Origin: an uncultured Thermococci archaeon
GTDB lineage: Archaea; CAYQAE01; CAYVLA01
DNA: 57,116 nucleotides
Direction: 5' to 3'
Assembly: GCA_964549615.1 (NCBI GenBank)
Contig: CAZJVP010000057.1
Coordinates: forward strand, 1-57,116
The notes beneath the pieces are model-generated. The model did not search any database and was not told the origin of the DNA. It saw only the letters and a program-made list of their open reading frames with translations. Positions 18,252 through 28,030 of this stretch are shown piece by piece (positions within the stretch are counted from its first letter, which is position 1; each line of letters starts with the position of its first letter). The position numbers and the translations under genes are program-made.

Positions 18252-20183
18252 GTGAAAAGACCGGAGAAACTGGTATTGATAGGCCTGGATGCCCCCATAA
18301 CGCCTAGGATCCTCGATCTAGCTAGGAGAGGTGAGCTCCCCGCCATCGCGGACCTCATCCGTAGAGGAACCGTGGCCGCGAACTGCATGGTGCCCTTCCC
18401 TACCATCACGCCGCCAAACTGGATCACGATAGTCACTGGAGCCTGGCCCGGAACGCACCAGATCACATGCTTCAACGACTACAACCCTGGCGACCCCCTC
18501 GATGTCACCGTCCCAGCCTTCGACGTAAGGCACGTTGAGGCTGAGCTCATCTGGAACAAGGCCGCCGAGGCAGGCAAGAAGTCGATTGTTCTAAACTACC
18601 CCACCACGTGGCCTCCCTCGCTCAAGTCCGGCTATCAGATCGCGGGGGCCGGGCTGAGCGTGAACGAGTGGAGATTTGAGAACCCAAACAACATGCCATA
18701 CTGCTGCACGCTGGCCGACGAACAGCTCTTCTCCACAGAGAGCTACCCGCACGCAACCACGATCGCGCTTTCCGAAGTGGCCGGTCCAAAAGGAGCGAAA
18801 GCACTGGAGGCCGAGCTGAAGCTGACCTACAGGAGAGCCAGATACCCCATTAAGGAAGTGACCTGGCACCTTCGGGTCGAGCAAACCCACGGCAGCGGCT
18901 ACGACCTTGCACGCGTCTCCAGGGATAGGGAAGGCAAGTCGACGATCGCGCTCCTGAGGCTCGGACAGTGGTCGCCTTTCATCGTGGACACGTTCGAAAC
19001 ACGGAACGGACCGAGGAAGGCCGTCTTTGCCCTCAAGCTCCTCGACCTTTCGCCGGATGGCAAGAACTTCAAGCTCTACGTAACGCCGCTCTGCGCGCTG
19101 GACGGCTGGTCCCAGCCACAAGAGCTTGCGAATGAGATCAGGTCGGCGCAAGGGCTACCCGTGCCCGTGGCCGGCTACGAGGCCCTGAACCTGGAGTGGA
19201 TCGATCCGTCAACGTACCTTGAGTTGGTGGAGATGCACAACGTATGGCTTGCGGACGCTGCCTGCTACCTCATGACGCACAAGGAATGGGACCTTTTCTT
19301 CATGCACAACCACATCCCGGACTACGCCTACCACTCCTACGCAACAAAGATAGAGCCCCTCACGAACCGCGACGAAGAGAAGAGACGGATCTTCACGGAG
19401 GTCGAGCTGGGCTTCTACAAGAGCCTGGACAGGATGATCTCGAGGATCGTGGCTACAGCGGGGCAAAACGCCCTCTTCATCCTCGTCTCCGACCACGGGG
19501 CGAAGGCTACGGGACGCGCGGTTCCGACATACCGGATTCTCGAAGAGAAGGGTTTGCTGGCCTTCAAGGAGACTGGAGAATCCAAATCCAGGACCATCGA
19601 CTGGGCAAAGACGAAGGCCTTCCCGCAGAGATCCTGCTATGTGTACGTCAACCTGAAAGGCCGAGATCCTGACGGCGTCGTCGATCCGGGCGACTACGAG
19701 AAGGTCAGGGACGAAGTCATCTCGGCGCTGTACGACTACACGGATCCTGAAACCGGCAAGAAGCCCTTCACTTTCGTCCTCAGGAAAGAGGACGCCAGGA
19801 TCCTCGGGCTCTACGGCCGCAAGGTGGGTGACATCGTCTACTCGATAGGCCCCGAGTTCGGCGGCCAACACGGCAACCACCTGCCGACCGCCAAGTTCGG
19901 CATGGGATCCCTCGAGGGGCTGCTGGTGCTGACAGGGCCGGGAGTCAAGAAAGGCCACGTTCTCGAGAGGAACGCATGGCTCACCGACATAGTGCCGACC
20001 ATATGCTATCTGATGAACCTGCCGATCCCCGCCCAGGCCGAGGGAGCCATACTCTACCAAGCCCTTGAGGATCCGGATCTTGCCCTGAAAGAGAAGGAAG
20101 AGCTTGAGAGGAACCTCCGGAGGATAAGCCAGGCCTACGAGGCCGATCGACAGCTCACCCACACGTACGCCAAGCCGGTCTAG
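18252..20183 (+). CDS. Alkaline phosphatase superfamily / type I phosphodiesterase-nucleotide pyrophosphatase
   Basis: LIGLDA, PTITPPNW (Thr nucleophile), TGAWPGTH, DYAYH, VSDHG, YVNLKGRDP, LTDIVPT; GTG start after GGTGA. Confidence 0.9.
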   Translation: MKRPEKLVLIGLDAPITPRILDLARRGELPAIADLIRRGTVAANCMVPFPTITPPNWITIVTGAWPGTHQITCFNDYNPGDPLDVTVPAFDVRHVEAELIWNKAAEAGKKSIVLNYPTTWPPSLKSGYQIAGAGLSVNEWRFENPNNMPYCCTLADEQLFSTESYPHATTIALSEVAGPKGAKALEAELKLTYRRARYPIKEVTWHLRVEQTHGSGYDLARVSRDREGKSTIALLRLGQWSPFIVDTFETRNGPRKAVFALKLLDLSPDGKNFKLYVTPLCALDGWSQPQELANEIRSAQGLPVPVAGYEALNLEWIDPSTYLELVEMHNVWLADAACYLMTHKEWDLFFMHNHIPDYAYHSYATKIEPLTNRDEEKRRIFTEVELGFYKSLDRMISRIVATAGQNALFILVSDHGAKATGRAVPTYRILEEKGLLAFKETGESKSRTIDWAKTKAFPQRSCYVYVNLKGRDPDGVVDPGDYEKVRDEVISALYDYTDPETGKKPFTFVLRKEDARILGLYGRKVGDIVYSIGPEFGGQHGNHLPTAKFGMGSLEGLLVLTGPGVKKGHVLERNAWLTDIVPTICYLMNLPIPAQAEGAILYQALEDPDLALKEKEELERNLRRISQAYEADRQLTHTYAKPV

Positions 20184-21043
20184 ACGGCGAAGCAGAAGTT
20201 AGCCATGCGGTGCTGAACCTCGCCGTTGGCGCTGATGGCCACGAGCTGCAGCCGGTCCTGACGGTATACCTTGTAGATGCTGTCGTAACCCGGAACCGTC
20301 GCCCGGTCTATCGAGAAGGACAACCTAAACGTGTCGTCCCTCCGAAGATCCGAGAAGCCAGCCTGGCCGAGGCCTGGGGCATCGAGCATCGGGGCGACGC
20401 CCATGGCCCGGTCTTGCGGGGAAAGCTCCTTGACCCTCTTGTAAACCTGTTTCTGATCGTTCAGGACTACGCTTAGCTCCGTTATGGTTGAGTTTCTCGA
20501 CGAGAAGAAGTCCCTCGACCCTGCGTACAGGTCCTGAAGGCCAGTCTTGTTGAATAGCCCCGCGTAGATCGTCGTCAGGCCGGCACCCCAGTAACCGCCC
20601 AGGACGCTGGGCTCGACGAGCGGAAGGAGAACATCGGTGAAGTCCAACACATACATGAGGTATCTGGTCTTGTTCCGGTCAACGTCCCGCATCTCGTATT
20701 CGACCGGCTCCACGCCCAAGGAACGGGCCATGCCGTAGAGATCCGAGATGAACCCCAGCGAGAGCATGCCGTCTCTACCCGATCTGTCCGTGCTTATGCC
20801 AAGTTCCTTCACGTCGAGGCGGCTCAGGGACGCGACCGTGATCTGGACGTACTTGACCGGCCTCCTTGCGATCGCCGCCACGGAAAACGTATTGCGCAAG
20901 TCATGCCGAATCTGTACGGGGAAGGTGTTCTCCAGTACCTCTAGGTAATCCCTGGATCTCTCCCCGACCAGGAAAAGCGTAACGATCGTCGAGGCGGTCA
21001 GCGCGATCAGGACCACCCCAACAAGCTCCCTTGACCTAGCCAA
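20180..21043 (-). CDS. Hypothetical protein with N-terminal membrane anchor
   Basis: Hydrophobic LVGVVLIALTASTIVTLFLV then a soluble domain; GGAGG upstream. Confidence 0.7.
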   Translation of the reverse strand: MARSRELVGVVLIALTASTIVTLFLVGERSRDYLEVLENTFPVQIRHDLRNTFSVAAIARRPVKYVQITVASLSRLDVKELGISTDRSGRDGMLSLGFISDLYGMARSLGVEPVEYEMRDVDRNKTRYLMYVLDFTDVLLPLVEPSVLGGYWGAGLTTIYAGLFNKTGLQDLYAGSRDFFSSRNSTITELSVVLNDQKQVYKRVKELSPQDRAMGVAPMLDAPGLGQAGFSDLRRDDTFRLSFSIDRATVPGYDSIYKVYRQDRLQLVAISANGEVQHRMANFCFAV

Positions 21044-21156
21044 ACCCGCGGCCTCCCTCAGCCACTAGGGCAGCCCGGTCATCTATAAAAATATCGGGGT
21101 GGCCTGGCCAGCCGCCCGACTCACCCAGCCATCTTCTTTGAAGCCGCTGAAAGTCC

Positions 21157-21948
21157 CTAGATCGCACTCTCCCTGACCCTGTGGTAGATCAGCGTCGTCG
21201 ATACCGGGACGACCGGGCTGAAAAGCGCCGAGGCCACGAATTCGCCAACTTGCGCCAGTTGGGCCGGCACGGCCAGCAGCAAGAGCATGTAGAACAACAC
21301 CAACACCATCGCCCAGAACAGGAAGAAACAAAAGATGGCGATCTTGTTTCCCGAGCTGAGCTGGTTGCTACGGCTCAGCGCAGCCAAAGGGCCCTTGCCC
21401 TCGAGGATGACCGTCTGGGGAACGAGAACGAACATCGTCAGAAACACTAGGCCCGGGATGACGAACGCGATAAGCCCAAGGGCCACGATCACGCCTGCGG
21501 CGATGGTAGCCGCAACCAGCCTAGGGAATCGCTGAATGCACTCGGAAAAGCACTGCGGCCACTCAGGAGCACCGCCCTGCAGGTTATCGTAAACGTATTT
21601 TATGGCAGCCCCGTCGAAGAGCAGCGAGATCAGGTAAACAGCGACCATCGACAGAAGAAACAGGACTAGCAGGTCCGCCAGCAGGGAAACCCCCAATGAG
21701 GCTGATTGCTCGGGGTGCTCCATTATCTCCGTCAGGTTCAGGGCATGTTCCTCGAGGATATTCGCCACCTGTGCGGCCGAGTAGAACTGCACCATCCAAA
21801 CGATGAGGTTCGCGACCAGGAAAACGACGAAGAGGGAGACGAAGTGCTTCTTGTAGAAGCTCAATGCCTCTTCCATTATCCACGTGACCCTGAGCCTTTC
21901 CCTGGTAACTCCTCTATCAATCGTTCCCGGAAGCGGCTCCACCGCCAT
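21157..21948 (-). CDS. Multi-pass membrane protein (GDPD membrane-domain/DUF975-like)
   Basis: 5-6 TM; FVIPGLVF...VILEGKGPLAALSRSNQLSSGN signature. Confidence 0.8.
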   Translation of the reverse strand: MAVEPLPGTIDRGVTRERLRVTWIMEEALSFYKKHFVSLFVVFLVANLIVWMVQFYSAAQVANILEEHALNLTEIMEHPEQSASLGVSLLADLLVLFLLSMVAVYLISLLFDGAAIKYVYDNLQGGAPEWPQCFSECIQRFPRLVAATIAAGVIVALGLIAFVIPGLVFLTMFVLVPQTVILEGKGPLAALSRSNQLSSGNKIAIFCFFLFWAMVLVLFYMLLLLAVPAQLAQVGEFVASALFSPVVPVSTTLIYHRVRESAI

Positions 21949-22002
21949 GCGGGCACCTACCGTCGCCCCCTGAAAAAGTATTCGCCTGCGGTAGTTAAGC
22001 CG

Positions 22003-22767
22003 TTAGCGTCTGCGCTGCGGAAGCCAGATCCGATCTTCCCGTATCCCGTACTTGCGCAAGAGCGGAAGGACGAGGCGATCGTTCCCTATGCCCTCCGTCG
22101 AATGTGCGTCTCCCCCTATTGAGAAACGGACGCGAGCCTCGTTGCACAACCGTACGAACCTTGAGATGAAGGTACTGCTTAGGCCCAGAACCCTGGGGCT
22201 GAACTCCATGGCCATCTCGTTTCTGCTGGCAAGCTCCAGGGCCCAGAGCAGGTCCGCATCATCGATCCGAGACAGCACCTCGTCGCGCCGAGGAAACTGG
22301 CCTGGCCCATACGCAAAAGGATGTGCGACCACGTCGGCGAAGCCGGTCCGCACGGATTCTATGAACGAGTCAAGCACCATCTGGGCTTGAACCTCAAGTG
22401 GCAGGCGACCGAACGTTGCCGCTTGGGCACCGCATGGGTGATGGCTCGGCGAAAGGATGCAGAAATCCAGATCTCGGGATCTCAACCTGGCGAGTTCGTC
22501 CCTTGGCCATCCCGGGAGGTAGACGCAGGCCTCCGTGCCCACATACACCTCCATGGTGGTCTCCAGCTCCTCCAGTTCCTCCCTCGTCTGTCTGAGCTTG
22601 TCCGGGGTAAGGATCGGGTCGAAATGGTCGGTAAAACCAATCGCCCGGTATTCCCGCGACTCGTAGGTGCGAACGACCGACGTCGGCGTCATTCCGCCTT
22701 TGCCGCAGTTGGAATGTATAGTGTGAACATGAAAGTCTATGTAGCCAAGAAGTGCTTGGCTGCTCAT
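22003..22767 (-). CDS. PHP-domain phosphoesterase (histidinol-phosphatase/YcdX-like)
   Basis: DFHVHT, GFTDH, VGTE, SHH, VAHP, GGDAH metal-binding motifs. Confidence 0.9.
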   Translation of the reverse strand: MSSQALLGYIDFHVHTIHSNCGKGGMTPTSVVRTYESREYRAIGFTDHFDPILTPDKLRQTREELEELETTMEVYVGTEACVYLPGWPRDELARLRSRDLDFCILSPSHHPCGAQAATFGRLPLEVQAQMVLDSFIESVRTGFADVVAHPFAYGPGQFPRRDEVLSRIDDADLLWALELASRNEMAMEFSPRVLGLSSTFISRFVRLCNEARVRFSIGGDAHSTEGIGNDRLVLPLLRKYGIREDRIWLPQRRR

Positions 22768-22830
22768 ACGTCGCGGTGGATTGTGTCATAGAAAACGGTT
22801 TCCAGCCCGGTGGGTTATCAGCCCGCTCGA

Positions 22831-22992
22831 TCAGCAAAAGACCGAGCCAACCACCTTGCTTCCGGCCAAGACCCAGGAGGTCAGCACGATATTGGACGTG
22901 CAACACAGAAGGTACGCCAAAACCACCAACGAATCGATCGCCATCAGCAGGCCGCAAAGAATACAAAAGTGCTTGGAGACCCGTTCCGGCAT
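22831..22992 (-). CDS. Possible 53-aa hydrophobic, Cys-rich micro-protein (below ORF track cutoff)
   Basis: Own translation: MPERVSKHFCILCGLLMAIDSLVVLAYLLCCTSNIVLTSWVLAGSKVVGSVFC*. Confidence 0.3.
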   Translation of the reverse strand: MPERVSKHFCILCGLLMAIDSLVVLAYLLCCTSNIVLTSWVLAGSKVVGSVFC

Positions 22993-23297
22993 GCCTTGTC
23001 ACTTCCAGATTCTGCTCGTATCGCCTCGGCAGCTTGCACGAAGCGTGCGGCGTCTGATAAATATTTCGCCACAACCACCATCTTCCACCAAAAAAATTCT
23101 GAACGGCTCTCAGGGGGAATGTTCCCCAGACCCCAGGGGCCCGGTCCATCTACGGCTCGCCGCAGCTGGTTCCTGTCCAACAGGAAAGCGCATGCGAGCC
23201 CCAGCTCACGGTTGACGGCAGGGGCAACCAGCATCGCACACGGTCCTAACTGGACTAGTCGCGCCTTGCAACCCGCGACGTGCTGACCCTGTCGAGC

Positions 23298-23756
23298 CTA
23301 GGGAAAACAGGACGAGATCAGATACTTTTCCATGCTCTCGACTTCGAGAAGCTCCCTCAGATGTATCGTGAAGTCGTCTATGACCTGGATGCGCTCAAAG
23401 TACGCCAAGATGAAGATCACGGTGCCATTCTCGGATGAACCCACGAACCTTATGATCATGCCCGGCACTTTCTGCTCCAGTATCGCATCGATGGGCGATT
23501 GCCGGTTGATTATGGAGGCAGGGTTAGGTCCCCTCGTCCGAGCGACAATAAAGGCGGAAATGTTGTACCCAAGGTTCTCGAAATCGATCGTGTAGCCTTT
23601 GGACGCGATCACGCCGAGCTTCTTCAGGCGGTTTATTCGATAGTATATCTTGCTGGCGGGCACGGACATCTCCCTGGCAATGCGCTTTGGCTCCCTGCCT
23701 GTAACGAGGAGTTCGGCAAGCCGCTTGTCCTGGCTGGAAAAGTCCCGCCTCAACAA
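23298..23756 (-). CDS. Lrp/AsnC-family transcriptional regulator
   Basis: D.RLAELL...IAREMSVPASKIYYRINRLKKLGVI..GYTIDFENLGY wHTH plus C-terminal RAM-like domain. Confidence 0.85.
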   Translation of the reverse strand: MLRRDFSSQDKRLAELLVTGREPKRIAREMSVPASKIYYRINRLKKLGVIASKGYTIDFENLGYNISAFIVARTRGPNPASIINRQSPIDAILEQKVPGMIIRFVGSSENGTVIFILAYFERIQVIDDFTIHLRELLEVESMEKYLISSCFP

Positions 23757-23778
23757 TATCTCGACCTCTTCTCGGTAA

Positions 23779-23826
23779 AAGCTTCGAGCACTTTTATAAA
23801 TATTGTCAACTGCTGGTGCTCAGCTT
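23779..23826 (-). promoter_or_regulatory. TATA box of the Lrp gene flanked by an inverted repeat (possible operator)
   Basis: TTTTATAAAT at 23792-23801, ~40 nt upstream of the start; flanked by GAGCAC (23786-91) and GTGCTC (23816-21). Confidence 0.45.
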
Positions 23827-24295
23827 GCCCGCGTAGTCGCAACTCCTTCGCGAGGCCAACCATTCTCTTGAACAATTTTGAGCTATTCAGTCCATTGTTT
23901 GAGACCAAGTAGGCCATCTTTCCTCATTTCCCGCCCCTCAACCGCCAGGCTGCGTCACTGGCACCCCTCGGTGGCATTGTTGTCCCTCCCCGAACACCGA
24001 CCTAGCGTAGGTGAAGCAGCCGTGGATCTGGGCAAAGGTTGTATGGGGTCTTCCCTCCTCGTAGGTCTTCACCGAGTCTGTGATCGCCAAGAGCAGTGCC
24101 CTAGCCTCCACGGGGGCTCAATCCCTGTACGCAACAGCCGATTGCCTCTCGTTGGGTCGCTTCGTCGGGGTCTGGCCGCCCTGCGAAACCATCAAACCGC
24201 GAGAGGCTCCCGGTATGTGGAGACCGAACGCCGCCATCCATCCTTCCGGCTTCCGGCCGCAATAGATTTATCCTGCAAGAGGCGTCGCAGCTGCT

Positions 24296-25624
24296 GTGAA
24301 AAAGGCTGCCCTGCCGCTGGTGGGCTTGATCGTTGGCACAAGCGGCGTAGCAGGCCACTCGGCCGTGAGGGCAGGAGCCGCGAAGGTCGACATAACCCCC
24401 GATTCCCGAGTCTTCATAGCGGGCTATGGCCAGAACCGCATCTGCACGGGCGTCCACGATCCCATCTGGGCCCGCTGCATCGTCCTTGAGATCGCGGGCT
24501 CAAGGATCGCCTTTCTATCCCTTGACCTGATAGGGCTGTTCTGGGACGATGTGGAGGTTATCCGCAAGGGGGCGGCGTCCCCCTCCTTGCCCGCGGAGAA
24601 CATAATCATCTCATGTACCCACAACCACGAGGGGCCCGATACGCTGGGCCTTTGGGGGCCTGAGATCGGCAGATCGGGGGTGGACAGCAGGTACAAGCTC
24701 CTCGTGAGGGAGAAGGCAGTTGAGTGCGTGAAAGAGGCCGAATCGAAGATCGTTCCGGCCCAACTGCGGGTGGGCCAGACAAGGGTTGAGGGCGTGTCGC
24801 GTAACGCGAGGGACAAGGATATACTGGATCCCGTCCTTGTTGCGCTGAAGGCAGAGGACGATCAGGGCAGGTGTATAGCGACCCTGGTGAACTTCGCCAA
24901 CCATCCCGAGGCCCTGGGCTCAAGGAACACCCTGATCTCTGCCGACTGGCCCCACTACCTCTACGCCACCGTTGAAGAAGCGCTGGGCGGAATCTGCATC
25001 CTCCAGAATGGCGCGTTGGGCGGCATGGTGACCCCGGATGTCTCGTCCCACACCTTTGAGGAGGCCGAGCGAATCGGCGCCACGACGGGGCTCAGGGCCG
25101 TGGAATGCCTCCAGGGCAGCCCCGTCATGCCGTGCGAGAACCTCACACACCTCAGCGCAACCCTAGACATCCCCGTGGCCAACAAGAACTTCCTCGCCCT
25201 GCGCAAAGCCGGGGTCATCACGCGAACCTTCCATCACGGCAAGGTTCGTACCGAGCTCCACGTCATAAGGTTCGGCGACGTCGAGATGGCCACCATCCCG
25301 GGCGAGGCCCTTCCCAAGGTCGGACTTGCAATCAAGAGCTACATGACTGCGAGATACAAGATCCTCATCGGCCTCGGGAACGATGAGCTTGGGTACATAA
25401 TACCTGAGGAGGATTTCGATCCAACGAAATACGAGGAGTCCATGTCCGTCGGGCCCAAGATAGCACCCGCGATCGAAGCCAAGCTCAAGGCCCTGCTCAC
25501 GGGTCACGGAACGGGAAGCCCTCGGGCTGGCCCGCTCACCCTTGCCCTGCTCCTCATGCTCTTCGGCGGGGGCGCATGTGGCGTTATCTGGGGTCTCCGT
25601 CGTCGCAGGGACTCGGCTGTCTAG
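24296..25624 (+). CDS. Neutral/alkaline ceramidase-like hydrolase, secreted and C-terminally anchored
   Basis: RAGAAKVDITP, GVHDPIWAR, SCTHNHEGPD, NFANHPE, ISADWP, IPGE, GLGNDELGYI; signal peptide and C-terminal TM plus RRRR. Confidence 0.8.
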   Translation: MKKAALPLVGLIVGTSGVAGHSAVRAGAAKVDITPDSRVFIAGYGQNRICTGVHDPIWARCIVLEIAGSRIAFLSLDLIGLFWDDVEVIRKGAASPSLPAENIIISCTHNHEGPDTLGLWGPEIGRSGVDSRYKLLVREKAVECVKEAESKIVPAQLRVGQTRVEGVSRNARDKDILDPVLVALKAEDDQGRCIATLVNFANHPEALGSRNTLISADWPHYLYATVEEALGGICILQNGALGGMVTPDVSSHTFEEAERIGATTGLRAVECLQGSPVMPCENLTHLSATLDIPVANKNFLALRKAGVITRTFHHGKVRTELHVIRFGDVEMATIPGEALPKVGLAIKSYMTARYKILIGLGNDELGYIIPEEDFDPTKYEESMSVGPKIAPAIEAKLKALLTGHGTGSPRAGPLTLALLLMLFGGGACGVIWGLRRRRDSAV

Positions 25625-25767
25625 AGCCCGCTCACCGGCTGTAGCTTGTCCATCACGGCGCCGGGTCGCGAAGAACGCGGAACGGGAAGCTGTACGGATG
25701 GCCAGGCTTCGCCAAAAAAACGAAGGCCGAGCGCAAGATATTTGCACGCCCCCGGAAAGTCCAAGAC

Positions 25768-26880
25768 GTGGCCCAAGAGGCATACTCGCAGCTTGCAAGC
25801 TACATAGCCCTTTCGGCCCCCGCCACCCGCAGGCCGGCTCGGCCAAAGGAGCCCTTCCTGCGGCCGGAGATCGGCTTCGTGCCCGCATGGTTCCAGCAGA
25901 GGCTCGGCATAGACTTCGGCAAGCGATGGCACACCGACCCTCGCTATAGGTGCGAGACCATCGTTACGATGTCGAAGGAAACGAGGCGGCGATTCGGCGC
26001 CCGCTCTGACATCGGGATCATGCAGGACCCCGAGCGTCCTCGCGACATACTCACCGGCACTTACGGCACCGTTTTCGTCGCTGGCATCTACGGGGCTCCG
26101 ATAGAATACCCGAGCAACGGTTGGCCCTCGGTGAAGCCCGGATGGTTCTTGACCGATCAGCAAGCCGATGAGCTGGAACCTCCGGAGCTCGATAGCAACC
26201 CGGTGTGGAACGAACTCATGGACCAGCTGGACTGGATTGAAAGGGAGCGCGGCCGCATCGAGGGGTTCCTGAACTGGCAAGGCGTCTTGAACAACGCCTT
26301 CAGGCTGAGGGGCAACAGGATCTTCTTGGACATGGCAAGGGCCCCGCAAAGGGTTGAACATGTCTTCGAGTGCGTGACCGAAACGATGATCGAAGGAGCC
26401 AGGCGGCTCTACGAACGCCAGAGGAGAACCGGGGTGCGGATCGACCACTTCACCATCAGCAACTGCTTGGTGAACATGACCTCGCCCGCGCAATACGCCC
26501 GGTTCCAGTTGCCCTTCGATCGCAGGATCGCCCGATCCTTCGGGATGATCGGGATACACAACTGCGCCTGGTCGGCCGACCCCTACATCGACTTGTATGC
26601 CACGCTCCCCAAGGTCGCATACATCGATATGGGCGTCGAATCGGATCTTCCCAGGGCAAAGAAGGCTTTTCCGGAAGCGCGCCGGGCGATCATGTACCCA
26701 CCCCAGGCGATCAGGAACCGACCGCTACCGGCGATCGAACAAGACCTAGAGCGGATCGCGGAGCGGTACGGCCCATGCGACATCGTCTTCGCCGACATCA
26801 CGCACGATACGCCGGATGAGCGCATCCTCGCGCTGATCGACATCTGCCAGCGCATCAGCGAGAAGCATGCTTGCGCCTGA
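25768..26880 (+). CDS. Uroporphyrinogen decarboxylase (UroD/MtaA-CmuA) fold protein
   Basis: GVLNNAFRLRG..IFLDM...P, SPAQYARFQLPFD, GIHNC motifs. Confidence 0.7.
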   Translation: MAQEAYSQLASYIALSAPATRRPARPKEPFLRPEIGFVPAWFQQRLGIDFGKRWHTDPRYRCETIVTMSKETRRRFGARSDIGIMQDPERPRDILTGTYGTVFVAGIYGAPIEYPSNGWPSVKPGWFLTDQQADELEPPELDSNPVWNELMDQLDWIERERGRIEGFLNWQGVLNNAFRLRGNRIFLDMARAPQRVEHVFECVTETMIEGARRLYERQRRTGVRIDHFTISNCLVNMTSPAQYARFQLPFDRRIARSFGMIGIHNCAWSADPYIDLYATLPKVAYIDMGVESDLPRAKKAFPEARRAIMYPPQAIRNRPLPAIEQDLERIAERYGPCDIVFADITHDTPDERILALIDICQRISEKHACA

Positions 26881-26894
26881 GGCTTTACCGAAGA

Positions 26895-27845
26895 CTACCT
26901 CTCGGTCACGACATCCGCTATGTCGAAGATGTGGTCCGCCGCATGCTCCACGCACGACCAGATCTTGGCAGTATCTGGCTCCTGTGCGGACTCTTCCCTG
27001 AGCTCCGATATCATGCGCACGATGCTTTGACGGTTTCTCGTCACCATGTTCGACAACTTGAAGTCTCCCTTGAGCAACGCGTTGGTCGCCTGCTGGTAGA
27101 GCCTCTTCATCTCCGCCGCCAGGTCGATGGCCTTCTCGGCAATCACGACGTTCGTCGCCTTTTCGAGGTAGTGCGAGCACATGTCAACCGACTCGTCTCC
27201 CACCTTCTCCATCATGCTCGCAGCGAACCGCAGGTCCAAACACTGCGACGGCAGTACGCCGACGCTCTCGGCCGTCCTCAGGTCGCTGACCGCAGTCCTC
27301 AGCAGGCGTATGGCGAGGAAGTAGAGCCTGTCAAGGGCATCGTCCCTTTCGATCACGTTTTGGGCTAGCACTCTGTTCCCCCGCGCCAACGCGCAGATCG
27401 CGTCCTCCAGCATCGAGCTGCCTATCTGGTGAAGCCTCCTCATGACCTCCTCCACGGAGAGCTCCATGGGGACCACTAAGCTGACGAGCAGAAGGCTGTC
27501 CGAGGTCTCGTTTATGACCTCCATCCCCGCCAAGCGCGTCGCAGCCGTCCTTATTGTCTCCTTCTCGGTCGACGTAATCATCTTCTTGGACTTGATCAGT
27601 ATCCTGTCGTAACCGGAGAGGTAGCTGGCCGTTAGCTCCCTCCCGATATCCTCGGTCAGCTCCAGCTCGGTCGCCCTCGCCCTCGGCTTGGCCATGGGAT
27701 TGGCCTCTATCATTAGCGTTGAAGCTCCGAGCCTAGCAAGTCCCACCTGGCTTCCCTTCGTAAGTCCATTCTCAGCCACCCAATCCTTCGGAAGCGATAT
27801 CAGGTAGCTGCCTCCGGACGTCTCCTGAAGATACCGGGTTTCCAT
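26895..27845 (-). CDS. phoU: Archaeal phosphate uptake regulator (AbrB-like N-terminus plus two PhoU domains)
   Basis: RYLQETSGGSYLISLPKDW, ASYLSGYD, VIERDDALDRLYFL, EKVGD, EHAADHIFDIAD; the ORF-track start at 28067 is over-extended. Confidence 0.88.
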   Translation of the reverse strand: METRYLQETSGGSYLISLPKDWVAENGLTKGSQVGLARLGASTLMIEANPMAKPRARATELELTEDIGRELTASYLSGYDRILIKSKKMITSTEKETIRTAATRLAGMEVINETSDSLLLVSLVVPMELSVEEVMRRLHQIGSSMLEDAICALARGNRVLAQNVIERDDALDRLYFLAIRLLRTAVSDLRTAESVGVLPSQCLDLRFAASMMEKVGDESVDMCSHYLEKATNVVIAEKAIDLAAEMKRLYQQATNALLKGDFKLSNMVTRNRQSIVRMISELREESAQEPDTAKIWSCVEHAADHIFDIADVVTER

Positions 27846-28030
27846 GAGATGTTCATATCCAAACATACATATTTGAATATTTCGCCGGAAAAAAAGAAAA
27901 GCCGCTCCCTGTTCGAATAGGCGTGGCCGACTGGGAGAAGCCGCGCCCATTTCACCGCAAGCTCGACTGCCCTGGCGATCCCAAACCGCGTCTCGCGGCT
28001 GGGAGATCGTGATTGCTCCGAGGTGTAGAA

